Below are positions 60,106 to 64,000 of a stretch of 64,000 nt of DNA, one piece after another. The position numbers were made by a program, and so were the translations under genes. Within the stretch, counting starts at the first letter, position 1; each line of letters begins with the position of its first letter. A model generated the notes under the pieces. The model had not been told where the DNA came from. It searched no databases and saw nothing but the letters and a program-made list of their open reading frames with translations. The stretch is from Podarcis cretensis (taxonomy: Eukaryota): contig OX638159.1 of NCBI GenBank assembly GCA_951804945.1, forward strand, positions 22,754,001-22,818,000. Reading direction: 5' to 3'.

Positions 60106-60970
60106 CCAAATTGTAGACATTAGTAAAGACAGAATATGATTTTAACAGGTTAGTTATGCTGAACCATTTGCGTATGACCATGTGTTTATTAGGTTTCAAT
60201 CAGCAAAGAACTCCCAGGGTTAATACTTAGTGAAGCAGAATCACGCAGAACCTTACCTCCAGAAGCGCCTGTATGCTCCCCAAACCTCTTTAATTTAAAG
60301 CATCTTAAACAAGGCTGATCTTGAAGATAGCTCAGAAACTCCAGGCAATGCTCATTGCCGCCACTCATATCCAACCTAACTGACGTAGCAAGGCTGGTAC
60401 AAGGTCAGCCAGCTTTGGAACAACTGCATTGACTTTCCAGTTAATCCTGCACCCAATTCAAGGAGCTGGTATCAACTTCTAAAGCCTCTGAAGGATTGAG
60501 ATCAGAGTATCTCAGAATCCACCTATTTTCATATGAGCCCCCCTGCTCTGGTCTGATCACAAATTAACTATGGTTTATTGTTGCCCCTCCCCACTTCTCA
60601 TTCATGCATGAGGAGTATGAAATGAAAGCTTCTTTCATTTCTTGTTTATGTTCAAGCTCAGATAACTATGGTCTCTTCCAACTCTAGTTCATTTTTTAAA
60701 GTGTCTGATAATATGATCTGCTGAGTGCCAGGTCCAGAAGAACCCCAAAGCTCTGCTGTTCAGATAAGCAGACTGCAACCTAATATAACATCTTCCAAGC
60801 CAGTCACTGCCAGTGCCCCACCAGCATCACTTTGGACTTGTCTAGAGTCAGCTTCAGAATGTTTGCCCTTACATCACAAGAACATCACCTCTAAGCAGCC
60901 ATTCTAGGCACAGTCAGCAGGTCCTGAATATTTGGTCACAGAAATGCAGAACATCTGCATACTGATATAA

Positions 60971-61583
60971 AAGGTAACGGTAAAGGACCGCTGACAGTTA
61001 AGCCCAGTCGCAGACGACTCTGGGGTTGCGGCGCTCATCTCACTTTACAGTGGTACCTCTGGTTACGTACTTAATTCATTCCGGAGGTCCGTTCTTAACC
61101 TGAAACTGTTCTTAACCTGAAGCATCACTTTAGCTAATGGGGCCTCCCGCTGCTGCTGCGCCGCCGCCACACGATTTCTGTTCTCATCCTGAAGCAAAGT
61201 TCTTAACCCAAGGTACTATTTCTGGGTTAGTGGAGTCTGTAATCTGAAGCATATGTAACCCGAGGTACCACTGTACAGGCCAAGGGAGCGGGCGTTTGTC
61301 CACAGTCAGTTTTTCCGGGTCATGTGGCCAGCATGACTAAGCCGCTTCTGGTGCAACGGGACACCGAAACCAGAGCAGCGCATGAAAACGCCATTTACCT
61401 TCCCGCCGGAGCGGTACCTATTTGTCTACTTGCACTTTTTGACGTGCTTTCGAACTGCTAGGTTGGCAGGAGCTGGGACCGAGCAATGGGAACTCACCCC
61501 GTTGCGGGGATTCGAACAGCTGACCTTCTGCTTAGCAAGCCTAAGAGGCTCAGTGGTTTAGACCACAGCGCCACCCGCGTCCC
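60971..61583 (-). mobile_element. Sauria SINE interrupted by a mariner-type MITE
   Basis: Colinear with the 48482-48820 copy once 61048-61273 is removed. Confidence 0.9.
61048..61273. mobile_element. Tc1/mariner-pogo (Tigger-like) MITE
   Basis: TA|CAGTGGTACCTC ... GAGGTACCACTG|TA. Confidence 0.9.
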
Positions 61584-61734
61584 TCTAATACAAATGTGGG
61601 AAACCCTTTCAGCCCTAAGGTCCCAACTCCTCATACCAACAGTGGGTGGGGCCAGAGGCAAAAAGTGAGTGAATGTGACTCTACAGCATGCTACATATTG
61701 TTTTCTACACTAATATCCACATTTTTCTGTCCAC

Positions 61735-62040
61735 CATCCAGTCAAGGAAGAGGATTTATCACCACCAACAATACATTTCAGCCAGGCAAAAGCACTTGAG
61801 GAGGGCATGGAGCAGGGTCAGTGATAAGTGGGTGTGGCCTAATGAGAATACCAAGCTCCTAACAAGAGTCCTAGAGAGCCACATTTGGTCCCTGGACTGG
61901 AGGCTTCCCACTTCTACTCTACAGCTACAGTTGATCTTTCCAAGTGATTTAACATAGATTGGAACGAACACAGAGCCTTGTGGAACACACCCCACAGCAT
62001 CTTGCCCATATCTAAGCAGACTGTTTCTGAGCAGACTTAA
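61735..62040 (-). mobile_element. Degenerate L2/CR1 RT fragment
   Basis: VGCVPQGSVFVP resembles the RT GVPQGSVLGP motif; no intact frame. Confidence 0.45.
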
Positions 62041-62263
62041 GAGCAGTGAACTTTTTGGGTGGCCCCAGTGCAAAGCTATTGGGGGCTGCATTTAAATAGT
62101 GGGTGGGTCAGACATCACACTCCCTTTAACATAGACACACACAGATTTAATACAGGCTCTCCTTCAATCTCTCTCCCCCCTCTCACTGTTTTTTCTTCTC
62201 AGTGCACAGAGGAAACTCCACCAGCTGCTCTTCCTGGATAGCCTGCATACTGCATTTCCTTGC

Positions 62264-62264
<1 letters not shown>

Positions 62265-62299
<35 letters not shown>
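62265..62299. repeat. (GC)n(AC)n microsatellite
   Basis: gcgcgcgcgcacacacac... Confidence 0.9.
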
Positions 62300-63795
62300 A
62301 TCCCTTTACACAGTGCAAAAGATGAATCCATCAGGAATCTTTGGGAAATGCTGGAGCAACCCTTCTTTTTGCTGTGGCACAGCTGATTCCCAAACAGCTG
62401 AGTAATGGAAGGGGGAATCACAGGGAGACTTTTAACCTCCCCTCCCAATGATTTGCCAGCCGCTGTTATCACCCACTGATCATTTGTTCAGGGGAAACTG
62501 CTTCCCTTGCCTTTAGGATGGGGTGTTGGGGAGGGCAATGACCAGGACCTTGGTGGGCTGGACAGGGATGCCTAGTAGGCTGGAGGCTACCAACTGCTTC
62601 TATAAGAAAAGAAATGACTGGGGAACTAGCCCTGAAATCCCAAGAAAAATGTGATTTTAACGAATCGTATGGTCCAAAGTGCTGGAAAAGTTCGGAGCAA
62701 TATTGTACTGTATTATCAATCATGAGATGAGGCTCATCCATGAGGGCCTACAAAGCTATAATTAGGTCACAAGTCAGACTGAAGCAGGCTGATGAGGTGT
62801 GTTACCAAGAATCAATCAATCAATCTCTCTCTCAATCTCTCTCTCTGTCTCTCTCTGTGTGTAAAATATACTTTCCATAAAAAGAGTGTATTGGACACAG
62901 GCCTAAATCTATAGTTATATTCGCCTTGCACAAAGATGGGTAGATTCATCACTGCATCCCTTAATCAATGCAGTACCATGCCCCTTCCACTGTAGCATTT
63001 ACATAACTGGACAGAAACCTGTCAAGTTAGTTCCATTTGTTTGTTTGTTTTCATCCATGAGTGGCAAGAGCTGCTTTCACAATGCCAAGTATCAGCCAAT
63101 ATTCTCAAGGGGGAAACAAACTGAGCTACAAAAGGAATCTGGGAAAAGAATGACAGGTGAGAAGAGAGACAGCAGTTCTCCTTGGCTGAAGTTGAAGTGT
63201 GGTTGAATATTTCCCTGGCAATATTTTGTTAAAATGTCTCTAGAAGGGATGAGTGGAGGAGGAGGACTAAAGAAAGATGAAGATTGAGAGTATGGGGAAC
63301 ACTGAAGCTAGCTCTGGCATGATACAGAAAACCATGCAAGTCAAGGGCAATCCAGCCTAAGCCTATGACATAGGATTAGATATAATACAAATTGTAAATA
63401 AAGCAATCAATCTTAATCATGAGCTCTGGCACAAAGGATATTCTGGATTCAACCAACCCTCTACTAATACCAAGCAAATTAAACCTGTTAAAATCTTGTA
63501 TAGACAAGACTTAAGAAAGGAAATGAATGAAAGAAAGAAGCAGCAATACAAGCAAATGTTTATGCAAACCAGGCCAGCTTTAACAAATTCTGCTGTTCTC
63601 ACATTCGCAATTCCCCCATCGATTCATTGCCTTGCCATTATGCAGTGTCAGCTCATGAGTAACAGAAGTAGATATCACACAAAGTGTGAAGCAAAACACA
63701 GCTATAACCTCAACCTGAAGATTTGGGAAAGGAACCAAAAGTCTCAAGTCTTCTCTTCTGAAGATCACTCATAGCCAAGTAGGATTGTCTTCCAT

Positions 63796-64000
63796 GTAAA
63801 GGTAAAGGTACCCCTGCCCGAACGGGCCAGTCGTGTCCAACTCTAGGGTTGTGCGCCCATCTCACTTAAGAGGCCAGGGGCCAGCGCTGTCCACAGACAC
63901 TTCCGGGTCACGTGGCCAGCGTGACAAGCTGCATCTGGAGAGCCAGCGCAGCACACGGAAACGCCGTTTACCTTCCCGCTGTAAAGCGGTCCCTATTTAT
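63796..64000 (-). mobile_element. Sauria SINE, cut by the window edge
   Basis: gtaaaggtaaaggtacccctgccc... closely similar to the 59746 copy. Confidence 0.9.

Noticed and set aside
58600-64000. APC promoter 1A/1B
   Set aside because: No CpG island here other than SINE-derived CpGs; the promoters probably lie beyond the window

Overview
This is eukaryotic (vertebrate) genomic DNA, almost certainly from a squamate and probably a lacertid-type lizard, judged from its Sauria SINEs and squamate MITEs. It holds two intact genes on the minus strand in the same tandem order as in human. APC has all 15 coding exons (58578 to 24321; 8535-nt CDS, 2844 aa); its promoters and 5' non-coding exons lie beyond the right edge. 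SRP19 has 5 coding exons (10295 to 5665; 144 aa) and a CpG-island promoter at about 9.9-11.4 kb. Every exon was walked by hand, has GT-AG boundaries and gives an open reading frame. The rest is introns and intergenic DNA with Sauria SINEs, Tc1/mariner-pogo MITEs (TA TSD), hAT-type MITEs (8-bp TSD), L2/CR1/RTE-X-like LINE remnants, a probable solo LTR and microsatellites. I see no evidence of a new gene system. The most interesting signals are at the RNA-processing level. They are an in-frame APC exon14-to-SRP19 exon2 read-through option, recursive-splice-like AG|GT sites at SRP19 exon 5 and APC exon 6, absence of the human exon-9 internal acceptor, a candidate poison exon in APC intron 6, and a hairpin array inside the solo-LTR-like element. 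Exon numbers are coding-exon numbers (classic APC 1-15).
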